From Podarcis bocagei (taxonomy: Eukaryota), in NCBI GenBank assembly GCA_964188305.1, contig OZ076893.1: a stretch of 64,000 nt of DNA. One strand, written 5' to 3'. The notes beneath the pieces are model-generated. The model was not told where the DNA came from, made no database searches, and saw nothing but the letters and a program-made list of their open reading frames with translations. How positions within the stretch are numbered: position 1 is the stretch's first letter; every line of letters starts with the position of its first letter. Below, piece by piece: positions 26,148 through 38,615 of the stretch. Both the position numbers and the translations under genes were made by a program.

Positions 26148-26787
26148 ATAATCTCATATACAGAAATACGAGAAAAATAGAAAGCAGGTACAGAGACCAT
26201 AACACATTTCTTTTTTATCTGGGGTTGTAATCCTGAGTGCATATCATGGTTCTTTCTTTTGGCTTTGTTTGATTTGCTTCTGCTGTCCTCAACCACATTC
26301 ATGGATAGAGTGGTCTGATTTAAGGAGGCAGCCCTAATCCTGTTTACCTGAGAGTAAGCCCCATTGAACTCAGTAGAACTTACGTTTTGAGTAGACATGG
26401 TTAGGAATTGCTTTGTAACACAGGTGCCAATCAAAGTGCAGCACCTGGAGCATGTAAGTCTCAGCAGTGCAACAGATGTGTTCAAAGGGAATCCTCCTGG
26501 CAGGTTGCCAGTAATACTTGAAGAATTTGTTGGGGGGGGGCAGGGAGAGAAAAAGAAACCTACTATTATACCTCCCAGCAAGAGTGCAAAGGTTAAAGGA
26601 GTTGCATGGAGTTTCACAAGAGCAGCAACTATTAGCATAAAATCCTTAAAAGGTATCTAGAATAATGTATGTTTGTGTGAGGACTAAACAATTTGGTTAC
26701 AGGTCCGCGAGTTTGCCTATAGTAGAGATGATTAACACTTGGATGCTATTCTTTCCAAAGTCATCTGGATGTAGGAAGTATGTGTTG

Positions 26788-28068
26788 TCATATTAGTGGC
26801 TTCGAGAACACTGTCCAACCATCTCGTCCTCTGTTGTCCCCTTCTCCTTGTGCCCTCAATCTTTCCCAACATCAGGGTCTTTTCCAGGGAGTCTTCTCTT
26901 CTCATGAGGTGGCCAAAGTATTGGAGTCTCAGCTTCAGGATCTGTCCTTCCAGTGAGCACTCAAGGCTGATTTCCTTAAGAATGGATACGTTTGATCTTC
27001 TTGCAGTCCATGGGACTCTCAAGAGTCTCCTCCAGCACCATAATTCAAAAGCATCAATTCTTCGGTGATCAGCTTTCTTTATGGTCCAGCTCTCACTTCC
27101 ATACATCACTACTGGGAAAACCATGGCTTTAACTATACAGTGGTGCCCCGCAAGACGAATGCCTCGCAAGATGGAAAACCCGCTAGACGAAAGGGTTTTC
27201 CGTTTTTGAGCTGCTTCGCAAGATGAATTTCCCTATGGGCTTGCTTCGTAAGACGAAAACGTCTTGCGAGTGTTCCGATTTTTTTCCGCTCCCCCCTTTT
27301 TCTAAGCCGCTAAGCCGCTAATAGCCTTTTAGCCGCTAAGCCGCTAAACCTTTAATAGCCGCTAATCCGCTAAACCGCTAATAGCGCTAATCCGCTAAGC
27401 CGCTAATAGGGTTGCTTCGCAAGACGAAAAAACTGCTAGACAAAGAGACTCGCGGAACGCATTATTTTCATCTTGTGCGGCACCACTGTACGGACCTTTG
27501 TTGGCAAGGTGATGACTCTGCTTTTTAAGATGCTGTCTAGGTTTGTCATTGCTTTTCTCCCAAGAAGCAGGCGTCTTTTAATTTCGTGGCTGCTGTCACC
27601 ATCTGCAGTGATCATGGAGCCCAAGAAATTAAAATCTCTCACTGCCTCCATTTCTTCCCCTTCTATTTGCCAGGAGGTGATGGGACCAGTGGCCATGATC
27701 TTCGTTTTTTTGATGTTGAGCTTCAGACCATATTTTGCGCTCTCCTCTTTCACCCTCATTAAAAGGTTCTTTAATTCCTCCTCACTTTCTGCCATCAAGG
27801 TTGTGTCATCTGCATATCTGAGGTTGTTGATATTTCTTCCGGCGATCTTAATTCCAGTTTGGGATTCATCCAGCCCAGCCGTTCGCATGATGAATTCTGC
27901 ATATAGGTTAAATAAGCAGGGAGACAATATACAGCCTTGCCATACTCCTTTCCCAATTTTGAACCAATCAGTTGTTCCATATTCAGTTCTAACTGTAGCT
28001 TCTTGTCCCACATAGAGATTTCTCAGGAGACAGATGAGGTGATCAGGCACTCCCATTTCTTTAAGAAT
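26788..28068 (-). mobile_element. BovB (RTE-clade LINE) fragment with reverse transcriptase domain, interrupted by a MITE
   Basis: ORF 27436..28056 (GVWQGCILSPCLFNLY, NLRYADDTTL) and ORF 26732..27169 (IDAFELWCWRRLLRVPWTARRSN) are typical BovB. Confidence 0.95.
27138..27488. mobile_element. Tc1/mariner MITE (351 bp) nested inside BovB
   Basis: TIRs CAGTGGTGCC(C)CGCAAGACGAA / TTCATCTTGTGCGGCACCACTG; TA at 27136-27137 and 27489-27490. Confidence 0.9.
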
Positions 28069-29773
28069 TAGTGGGGTAGGAGAGCTGGGGGGAAAAAATC
28101 ATATCTGGCAACCAATGAGCCCCTTTGGTTTCAGATAGCACATGGGTAGACGAGTCTAAAAAGCCAGGGACACAAATTTTCCTGGCCCTCTGGTTGCTCA
28201 TTTACTAGAAGTAATGTATTTAAGAATTAGCTCTGGAAGCGTATGCACGATTCTGACCAAACTAAGCCTTCTAGAGCAAAAGCCTCCTAAAGCAAAAGGG
28301 TTTGCATTTTCTCTAATGTGTTCTGTGACTTAATTATGCATTGTGCAAGGAAATACATTTACTTTTCTGTTCGGAATCCTTTTTTCTAGCTAATTGCACT
28401 TGATTGATTTTAAGTTCTAGTATTATGACTCTATGAAAATTTCACTGCACCTATCACAATTTTATAAAATTACCATGCCTTCCCTCAGCCATCTTAAAAA
28501 AGAAAAGGTTGGACCTTGTCCTGAAAGCCATATTATAAATATTTATTTTATTGCATAAAGCTAATACACTTTTGTCAAACACTTCAAAGTGGCTTACAAA
28601 GAGAAAATATAAATAAAATAATATAAAAACTAGTAAGGAAAGCAGAGGCCCTTGCTGGCTCTTAATAATGGGACCACAATTTCCATTCATCACCCCCCCC
28701 CCAGAACATTTTTCTTTTACTATTTGTTTCACTACATTTACATTCCTCCTTCAAGGAACTCAAGACAGCTTTTACGCTGCCTCCCCTTTATTTTTATTTC
28801 CAGAGCAACCCTGGAAGGTAGGTGAGGCTGAGAGACAGCAATGTCTGGTCTATGCTCACTCAGTGAGCTTCATGGCAGAGTGAGGATTTGAACTCAAGTC
28901 TTCCTGGCTTTCTCATAACATAACTTTTCTTAAAATAACTGAGCAGTAGTATTTTCCATTTATTTGGAATAACACCTTTGCAGCATTAATGGACACCAGG
29001 CGAAACACAATGCAATTTGCTTAAACCAGTTAACAGCAGCTACAAACTTCCCTCAAATGCAACAGTCACATCTCAAAAAGTTGTTCAGGCATCCTTTTAG
29101 CAGGTAATAATGTGTTTGATCTTGTTCTTGTTTGGCAGGCTTCTTTGTGAAACCTGTTTGAGTAGTTCCCCAAACCCCTCCCCCCCCCGCCCCGGCAACA
29201 ATTACGGTAGTTGTCTGTTTATTAAAACAAATCTAGTTTTGCAAATTACAAAGAACTTTCCTAGAATTATAGAACTAGAATGATAAAACTCTACGAGACC
29301 ACCTTATGTTTATGACTGGAATAGATTAAGCAGATCAGGAGAAATGCTTAAATATATTTAATTTGTATACTGAATTATAAAAGGAAGACACCTTTGTTAT
29401 GTTTTATAAGAGAGAATCCACAACCCACCATGGCCACAGACGTGAAGAAACTCAAATCCTTGTGTTGTTGTTGTTGTTATTTATATAATATGTGTGAGTC
29501 ACTACCTCTCATCCTAACCTATTTCACAGTGTTATTGTGGGGATTAATGTGTGCCATCTTAAACTACTTAGAGAAAAAAGGCAGGATATAAACGCAGTAA
29601 ATAAAGTGGGCTGGGTGTCAGTTTACTACTGCTAATCTGCCCCTTTCAGGGTGGTCGCTTTTGGGGAGGGGCTGAGCTATGTGGATTGCTGGACTTTGGC
29701 CCTCATGTCCAGCCATAGCTGCGCCAGTGCTGTAAAATCACCTGTTGCCATTAGCCCCATGTTAGTGTGATTG

Positions 29774-30134
29774 GGATGCGGGTGGCGCTGTGGTCTAAAC
29801 CACAGCCTCTTGGGTTTGCCGATCAAAAGGTTGGCGGTTTGAATCTGTGCAACAGGGTGAGCTCCTGTTCCTCTGTCCCAGCTACTGCCAACCTAGCAGT
29901 TCAATAGATACCGCTGCAGCGGAAAGGTACCGTAAATGGTGTTTCCCTGCGCTCTGGTTTATGCCATAGTGTTCCACTGTGCCAAAAGCGGTTTAGTCAT
30001 GCTAGCCACATGACCCAGAAAGCTGTCTGTGGACAAACGCTGTCTCCCTCGGCCTGAAAGCGAGATGAGCGCCGCAACCCCATAGTCGCCTTTGACTGGA
30101 CTTAACCGTCCCGGGGTCCTTTACCTTTACCTTT
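29774..30134 (+). mobile_element. Sauria SINE, full length, 12-bp TSD
   Basis: GGATGCGGGTGGCGCTGTGG head, (ACCTTT)n tail, TTAGTGTGATTG at 29762-29773 and 30135-30146. Confidence 0.92.
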
Positions 30135-31994
30135 TTAGTGTGATTGCTGATCCTGTAGTTCTTTCAGTACTTGCTTCCAACACTGCTTGCACAGGTACTG
30201 ATTTATAATCCACATTATAGCACCAGTCATGTCCACATGCCTCTTGGAAGATCTGCACATGACAGCATAGTGGGGTCATGCATTCATCTTCTCAAAGCAT
30301 CTACACATACCCACTCAGTGTGTTCATATAGTGAGAAATGATCGGGGCTATATATATATTTCATACATCTTCCTACCAGAAGTTCTTTTTCTATGTGGGA
30401 AAAATGTTATGTTTTGAAGCACCCCTGTGTCTTAACAGAAGCTTTCAGATGGAAAACGCTGACATGTACCTAGTACTGACTGCCAAGAAATTACTCACAA
30501 GTAAGATTTTGGCATTGTGGGTTGCAATTCCTTCCTGGACTTCGAAATGCAAGGGGTGGTGGTGATTGCATAAATGACATTTAAAGGAATTGGCTTATAT
30601 CTGAAGAAAAACAACACCCCCAAACAAATCAAGTTATCTGTGTCTTTTTTGTGACCAAATACAAGCACATAACAGCAGTATGTGCTGAAGAAGTTAGAAA
30701 TTTTCTCAGTGCGCCCCTCCCACACTGCCCAGTGGTACAGTTGAGACAACGGGGCTGTGGCTTGTGAAACCCTCCCCTGCTTCAGGCCAGTGTATATGGA
30801 GCAGGAGGGCCTGGTCTGGTCTACTCACGCTTGGCTTGCCTGACCAGGACTCCAGTGGGCATAGCATACCTGCCAAGAGACCTGGAAAAAATGGGACATC
30901 CTGTTTTTTTTGCTTGAGATCATGGCAGCCATTTTGGGTGCCACAATATCACATGTTCCCATGCTGTGCTCTTGCTTTTTGTGTTTTTTCTGGACTGCAA
31001 TCTCACGCAGCTCCCCAAAACGTGTTTTTTGACACTGCAGAAGATTGCGCCCTGTAAAAGAAATGCTTTTGGGGGGTCAAGAGTGCTGCGTGAGTCATGT
31101 GACGTGCCTGGGAACACTTCCCTGAAGATGTGTGTCCTGGTTTTCGATCAGAAAAAGTTGGACGGTATAGCATAGGTAAGTGGAAACCCTCTGAATCTTG
31201 ACCCGCTGCAGGATTGTGTTCCTCTAGGACCAAATTGTTTGGGGTCATCTCTGCCTGAGGCATTACAATTCACTCTGCTTATGCTGGATATGTTGCAGTG
31301 AGGTTATTTTATCTGTGGATGCCTTAAACCAGAGCTTTCCAAACTGTGTGTTGCAACACATAAGTGTGTTGGTTGCCGTGTGCAGGTGTGTCGTGTGAAT
31401 GTTCCTCATGCTGCTCCTGGGACTGGAAAGGGATTAGTTTAACCTCCGGTTTGCTAGTAAAACTGAATTACTGTGTCGCGAAATGATGCAAAATTGAATT
31501 ACTGTGTCGCAGTAAGCACCGCTTTGTAGGTCAAATTATTACTTGTGTTTAGTGCAGGATAGTAAGCAGATGCCAAAAGTAAACATGCAACTTAAGAAGA
31601 CTGTACACTGTCCTTTGTAAAACACTGTATCTACAGAGATCCAGTGGAACCTGAGCAAAAATTAAGCCGTGGCAGCCAAAGGAAAAGGAAAAGGTCTGTA
31701 TTTCAGTACAAGTGAAAGTATCTGTGATCCACCCGCCCTGCTTGTTTTGAATCTGCTATCTTAATCTCAGGAATGTAGCATTTTGGTATTGGGTGTGAGG
31801 TACAACATTCCAAAGGGATTATTCTTATTAGGCTTCATCCTTTGCTCTGAACTGTGGAGAAGCAAGTTTGCCACTAATCATTAGCGGAGCTAGGCACTGA
31901 TACACACCTATATTTTGTACTGCATATCCGTGCAGACCGGAAACTAGATTTTCCACCCAGAAAGCAAATATGTGTTGTGTGAGTATGCAGTGTA

Positions 31995-32236
31995 CAGTGG
32001 TACCTCGGGTTAAGTACTTAATTCATTCCGGAGGCCCGTTCTTAACCTGAAACTGTTCTTAACCTGAAGCACCACTTTAGCTAATGGGGCCTCCTGCTGC
32101 CGCTGTGCCACTGGAGCACGATTTCTGTTCTCATCCTGAAGCAAAGTTCTTAACCTGAGGTACTATTTCTGGTTTAGCGGAGTCTGTAACCTGAAGTGTA
32201 TGTAACCTGAAGCGTATGTAACCTGAGGTACCACTG
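31995..32236. mobile_element. Tc1/mariner MITE family A, 242 bp
   Basis: Same TIRs and body, TA TSD. Confidence 0.9.
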
Positions 32237-32404
32237 TATGTAGCAAACTCTTCTGTTATGCCCAGTGTAGAGCATGTGGTCAAAATGTGCATCCAAATGG
32301 TGAAAAGAGTGTTAAGGGGGTATATGTGAAAGGTCTTAAGTTCTTATGGAGATGTTTAGTGGGCAATGAGCCTCTGTATCATTCCCACCCAAGCAAATGG
32401 GCAA

Positions 32405-32545
32405 GGGCTATAGCTCAGTAGTAGAGCACATGCTTTTCTTGCAGAAGGTCCCAGGTTCAGTCCTTGGCTTTTTTGGATAGGGTAGGAAAAGACTTCTGCC
32501 TGAAGATCTTCTGAACTGGACCGATGACTTAACTCATAAGGCAGG
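32405..32545 (+). mobile_element. Old tRNA-derived SINE
   Basis: GGGCTATAGCTCAGTAGTAGAGCAC...GGTCCCAGGTTCAGTCC head followed by a non-tRNA body. Confidence 0.65.
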
Positions 32546-33726
32546 ATCCAATGCTTCTGGCAAAGGAGCTACTAGTAAACTAGCCAGATAGCAAGGAAGC
32601 TTCACAGTTAGTAGGCCATCATCTTGACCCCTTGAAGAGCTCCCATGCCAATTTTCCAATGACTTCCAGAAAATTCAACAGGACAAATCAAACAGATTGT
32701 AATCTAGAATACATTTAAGATGGGGCAAAATCTGCCTTTCTCCCTAGCTTCTGAGCTCACCAGGGTCAGATCCAGCCCGTACCACAGTGGTGCCTCCCAG
32801 AGCAGCCCTTTATATTCTCCATTAAGTGAGCAGCTGAGATTCCAAAAAAGAATAATAATAATGAAGGACTGCACTCAAATACGGTCCTATAGTTGAGCTG
32901 AAGTCCATCTACTATCTCTGACATTGAGCTGTCTTGCTTTCATTGTCAAGTACCACAAATAAGTGTAATGAGATTTTTTGAAAATGAGATATCAGAAGTA
33001 AAGATTGGCAAGATTTTGCTGTTTCCTGGTAGCTGTTTTGTGTGTGTGGAGGGGGGTTGTACATTTATGCTGTCAAATGCTGAAAAATAGAACTGCTGAG
33101 TGTCAGAGCACCATGACTCACTTGTACTGAAGCTGAAATGCACTGCACAAGAAAGTACATTTCGGCTCTTCCAAAATAGCTTACATTATTGTTTTCATGA
33201 ATGGCACCAGGTTCCGGAAGGCTGTATGAAGGGGCTGATGTAGGTCGCCTTTGAACTACCTTTCTCAGGAGGCTCTGTAACATACAGGAACACCCCCTCA
33301 ATATACCCACCCAGTCCATCCTACTGATGAATATTTTGCTAGTTGGATGTACTACTGAAATATAATCCCCATCATCCCTCGTCATTGGCCGGGGTGGCTG
33401 ATGGGAGTTGGAGTCCAAAACATCTGGCTAGCACCAGATAGATAGGCTATCTTAATAGTGTAAGATTATTGTGTCCTGTTACATTATCAGGGGTCCCTAG
33501 TCTGTCTAAAATTCTTTTCAATATGTGACAATTTGCAGGAGTCGTCCAGGCTTACATTTATATTAGTTCTGTTTGGGCCAAGATATAATAATTGACACAG
33601 TTTGAGATACATTTTGAAGTAATATTTAAAAGTTGGGATCAAATCAATGCTCATACTGAAATATGGTCAGCAATATGCATAAAGTTATATCGTAATGTCA
33701 TTTAGAGAGGTGTAGATGTGTATGTA

Positions 33727-34076
33727 GGATGCGGGTAGCGCTGTGGGTTAAACCACAGAGCCTAGGACTTGCCGATCAGAAGGTCGGCAGTTTGAATCCC
33801 TGTGACGGGGTGAGCTCCCGTTGCTCACTCCCTGCTCCTGCCAACCTAACAGTTCGAAAGCACGTCAAAGTGCAAGTAGATAAATAGGTACCACTCTGGC
33901 GGGAAGGTAAACGGTGTTTCCGTGCGCTGCTCTGGTTCGCCAGAAGTGGCTTAGTCATGCTGGCCACATGACCCAGAAGCTGTACGCCGGCTCCCTCAGC
34001 CAATAAAGCGAGATGAGCGCCGCAACCCCAGAATCGGTCACGACTGGACCTAATGGTCAGGGGTCCCTTTACCTTT
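33727..34076 (+). mobile_element. Sauria SINE, full length
   Basis: Same head and tail; TAGATGTGTA at 33713-33722 and 34077-34086. Confidence 0.92.
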
Positions 34077-34515
34077 TAGATGTGTACTATTTAAATCTGA
34101 AGTATGGAGCAAGCAACAAGTGGAAACTCTACTGCATTTTAATGTGAAACTATTTTTACACCCTAGCATTGAAGTGAAGGGACGCGTGCTTAATTCACTT
34201 AATTTAAGTGCTGTTATAAAGGGGCAGCAAAAAACATCTGAAGGCATTGGTCCCAAGAAGCTAATATCTGTGATCTGAGAGTATTTCCTCTCCCCTGATT
34301 ACAGGACTGTGTGTTTGTTCTTTATTACAGTGAAAATGATCTGTTTGCCCAACTCTGTCTTCCTGATCTTCCAGTTTTCAGTGCAATGTGTGCAATGTAA
34401 CTTGACTGCCTAGAATTGTTGCAACGTTAGGTAGGTCATTAAGGCATGTAATTAATTGTAAAAAGATAGCATCACTTTCGGCACACAGCCAAAGCCAGGA
34501 AGTTATAGGCATATA

Positions 34516-34757
34516 CAGTGGTACCTCGGGTTGCACACGCTTCAGGTTACATACGCTTCAGGTTACAGACTCTGCTAACCTAGAAATATTACCTCAGGTT
34601 AAGAACTTTGGTTCAGGATGAGAACAGAAATCGTGTGGCGGTGGCGCAGCAGCAGCGGGAGACCCCATTAGCTAAAGTGGTGCTTCAGGTTAAGAACAGT
34701 TTCAGTTTAAGAACAGACCTCCGGAACGAATTAAGTACGTAACCAGAGGTACCACTG
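34516..34757. mobile_element. Tc1/mariner MITE family A, 242 bp, inverted relative to the 31995 copy
   Basis: Same TIRs and body, TA TSD. Confidence 0.9.
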
Positions 34758-36622
34758 TAATCTGAGGAGTATTCAAATTTCTGACCATGGCTAATAATAA
34801 CCTGTTACGATTTAAACTGCCCAACCCTGGTATTGATTCTGCGCTCTTTGCTTTGCTGTATTCATTTGCCCTTATTCCCAAGAACAATTAGAACTGTACC
34901 CTAATTGTACTGCTGTTTGTACAACTCTTACAGAGATAACTAGCTGCCCTAAATCTGAAACAAAACAAAATGCTAAATGCTTCCATATTGTGCTTTCTGA
35001 AACTGAAATGCTTTGGAATGAGTTAAAATGGTGTCTAGGAAAAGGTTTTAAGTCCTTTTGAGAATTTACAGCGACCATGTAGAAAGTTGACTTCCTGCAC
35101 ATAATCTGTGAATCTACCACTCCTTTTTCTGTTTGCAAAATACTGAAAAAACACACACACACTGAGAGAAAACATACAGTGATGCACAGGTGGGTTCTCT
35201 GTTTCCAGTCAACACATGAGGGAGGGGAAAGAAGAATCACACATCCCTCTTCATGGGTTTATTTATGTATTTATATATTATGTATTCAAAGCCATTTCTA
35301 AACAGCTTACTGTTTTCAAAATCTCTTTAGTAGTGCATGCTATGTACAATGTAAAAATATCCATGTGACTTGTGTTAAGTGTAGAATAACAATATTTTGA
35401 ATACGGGTATGCAACTGGGTGTTTGATTTGGAGGTCTTCTTGAAATGTCACAGAAGCCTTCTTCAGAAATAATTAAATAAACAAATGAGGAGGACGAGCA
35501 GGAGAAGCAGAGATGAGCGAACTAGCTCCTGCCCATTGCTGTTTTTGTTGCCCTCCAACTTGCGGAGGGTAGTATCACCTATATATGTTTTGGAATGAAT
35601 AGAGAAGGCACCCTTTGCTCTCCACTTGGAGCTGCCTTTGCCAGCCTGGGACTCCAGATGCTTTGAACTAAGGCCAGGGCTGATAGAAACCATAATTCTA
35701 GATATCTGGAGGGCATAAGGTTGAAGCAGGCGGATTGGAGAAGGGGAATGGCAGCCAGGTGGGAGGGCAGAGCTAGTGTGTTGTCCCTCCCCTCCCCTTC
35801 TGTGCTTGCTTGACTCTTGATGGTGAGACTTGAAGAGAGCTAAAGACATAATGCAATGAGGGTGGTTTTTGTTCAAGAAATTGCAAGTTTCCTTGCATTT
35901 CAGGATCTCTATGAGGCACCTGTATTGGGGTTTAGGAAGACATGCAAAATTTGTGTTCTTTTTAATTAATAAATAATTTGTAAGGCACATATTTAATTGG
36001 CCAAATACCTCTTGATAATAGGCGTACAGTTTGACCTGCTTTTGATGTATGAAAGCATTCCCTCTCTTTGAAGATGGATGTTAACACCCTTCCTTTCTTG
36101 GTCAGCTCTAATTCATGGCTTGAAATGTTCCAAAACTATTAGCTATACCAGTCCGAAATACACTAAAAGACATACGCTTGCATATAGTGATGGAATAAAT
36201 GCTATATTTAAGGTTTAAGCAATTTGTAGCTAGTATGTGTCTGGTAAGATCTACACTTTAGAACTATGTGACCTGATTACACAATCCTGAATAGAAGGCT
36301 TCTCTTTAATCTTAGGCTGCAACCCAATATTATATACACCTCCCTGTTTGGTAGAACATCACATTGGAGTTTACTTCTGAACTGACCTTTATAGGATTAC
36401 ACAGTTAGCTGGTTGGATTGCATATGTATTCATCTAAAACCAAATTGGATGAGGCTGCTCCCAAGACCAACTTTGTGCTCTTTTTTTTTTTAACCTATCA
36501 TGTGGCAAGCACCCCCAGAATGACCTGGGTGAATGGTTGCAAGGGATGAACTTTTATTAAATCAGTGTTAATCACTTTACTTTTACAAAGTGATTAAAGG
36601 TTCTTAAGTATGTATTTGTACA

Positions 36623-37102
36623 GCATGTTAAAAAGCAGAGACATCACCTTGCCAACAAAGGTCCGTATAGTTAAAACCATGGTTTTCCCAGTAGTGATGT
36701 ATGGAAGTGAGAGCTGGACCATAAAGAAGGCTGATCGCCAAAGAATTGATGCTTTTGAATTATGGTGCTGGAGGAGACTCTTGAGAGTCCCATGGACTGC
36801 AAGAAGATCAAACCTATTCATTCTTAAGGAAATCACTGGAAGGACAGATCGTGAAGCTGAGGCTCCAATACTTTGGCCACCTCATGAGAAGACTCCCTGG
36901 AAAAGACCCTGATGTTTCGAAAGATGGAGGGCACAAAGAGAAGGGGACAACAGAGGATGAGATGGTTGGATGGTGTTCTCGAAGCTACCAGCATGAGTCT
37001 GACCAAACTGCGGGAGGCAGTGGAAGACAGGAGTGCCTGGTGTGCTCTGGTCCATGGGGTCACAAAGAGTCGGACATGACTAAACAACAACAACAACAAC
37101 AA
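36623..37102 (+). mobile_element. 5'-truncated BovB with (CAA)n tail and 11-bp TSD
   Basis: ORF 36610..36912 matches BovB; tail (CAA)n; GTATTTGTACA at 36612-36622 and 37103-37113. Confidence 0.93.
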
Positions 37103-38439
37103 GTATTTGTACAACTATTTTGTGAAATGGATTAGTCAGGCTACTTGATGTGGTTGAGCTGGTGCCTGAATCAATCTCTTCGAAGTCCAGAAGCTCAGTC
37201 GTTGAACCTTTTGACAATCTATTTACAGATTGTTCAATGCCCCACCACCTATCAGATCTCAGTTTTAACACATGTGGTCAGTGATGGCATTTGACACATA
37301 ATATATATTTGTTTAAGGGCTATGCTGAGCTAGTTCAGAGCTAACAGAGCTATCTACATTAAAAGGTTATTTCCTTTTCTTCATTGTGTGGACTTCAGCG
37401 ACATTGGATTGTTCATTTCATTCATCTTAACTATTTTTACTTATCTTATTTTATTTATCTATATCAGGTGGAGGAAATGTTTAGAGGAGGAAAAACCCAC
37501 CAGTAACTTCTGTACAGTATTTGCTTTTGGTATGGGAGAATGAGAGATACTTGTGGTGACATGGTTTGTTGCATTCCTTCCCATATTGAAGAGCCCATGT
37601 TATCACTGAAGCTTCTTAAAAGAGTTTTATTAAATTCTGTTTGATAGGCTATATTCACAGCTGAACACCTTACATAAGATAGCTTAATTATGGTTTAGCT
37701 CAAGGGGATAATTAAAACTTCAAGTCTGCAGATCAAGACTGATACGTGAATAAAAGTAGACTGATTTTGATTTTTCTGGTAGCATGCTGAAATGAATCTT
37801 ATATTTCAGGAGGTATCGGATAGCAAAGCAAGGATATAAAAAAACTGCATATAGAACCCCTGGGTTGTAACACAAAACACCACTTCTTAATCTTCTTCAT
37901 TCCTTACAAAAAAATCACTCTCTTGTCTCCCCATGCCAGTGGCCTCATGCAGCACATACATTCAGCATGAATTCATTTCCTTGTCAGTCCTTAGACTCTC
38001 TCTTCTCTTTTTCTTCCTTCTCCTTAACCTCCTCCTCACAACCCAACCTACATTCCTCAGGAATTCCCCTTCATGCACAACTTGTAATCCCTTTCCCTTT
38101 CTGGCTCCTGGACTCCTTTTACTAGAGTATGCAGCTTGGGGTGGTTGCAAAGGACAAGCCTCTGAGACAGTGTCATAGGTGACACAAAAAAGCTCCTTCA
38201 ATCTGGCCTCGTGCTCTTCCACAACTTGCAATTCTCACCAATCCAGCACAGGGTGATGAGAAATTTGCTGTACATTCTAGACAAAAAATTGATTTGATCC
38301 TTACTTTTGTATAGTATAGTAGGTTACATTTTGCCTCTGGCTGCACCAACTACTGCCATCTGGTTCCCACAGAGTTGTCCATGGGGGAATGCTGCCTCAT
38401 GCTAAACAAAGATTTTCCCACCCTGTTTTTTTTAAAAAA

Positions 38440-38612
38440 AAACTTATGTGATATAGTAGTATAAACACCGACAATTGGGAAACACTGGCCTGTGAGCGCT
38501 CCAGTTGTAGAAAAGCCTTTACCAAAGGTGTCATGGACTTTGAAGATGCTCAAACTCAGGACGAAAGGGATAAACGTGCTAATCTTACTCGGCTAGGAGT
38601 GATTGCCAAAGA

Positions 38613-38615
<3 letters not shown>
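38440..38615 (+). mobile_element. Short, internally deleted copy of the same RTE LINE 3' end
   Basis: Aligns by eye to the reverse complement of ~53536-53850 (TTTACCAAAGGTGTCATGG..TTTGAAGA..CTCAGGACG) but lacks the zinc-finger segment. Confidence 0.75.

Noticed and set aside
25880-26638. Longest ORF on the track (252 aa, minus)
   Set aside because: No recognisable domain, non-ATG start, and the last third is antisense SINE sequence; most likely a chance ORF.
27302-27408. CRISPR-like or telomeric array
   Set aside because: Units are 8-10 bp with no unique spacers and are not TTAGGG; it is an internal MITE minisatellite.
32405-32470. tRNA gene
   Set aside because: Degenerate cloverleaf and B box, and it runs into a SINE body; it is a tRNA-derived SINE head.
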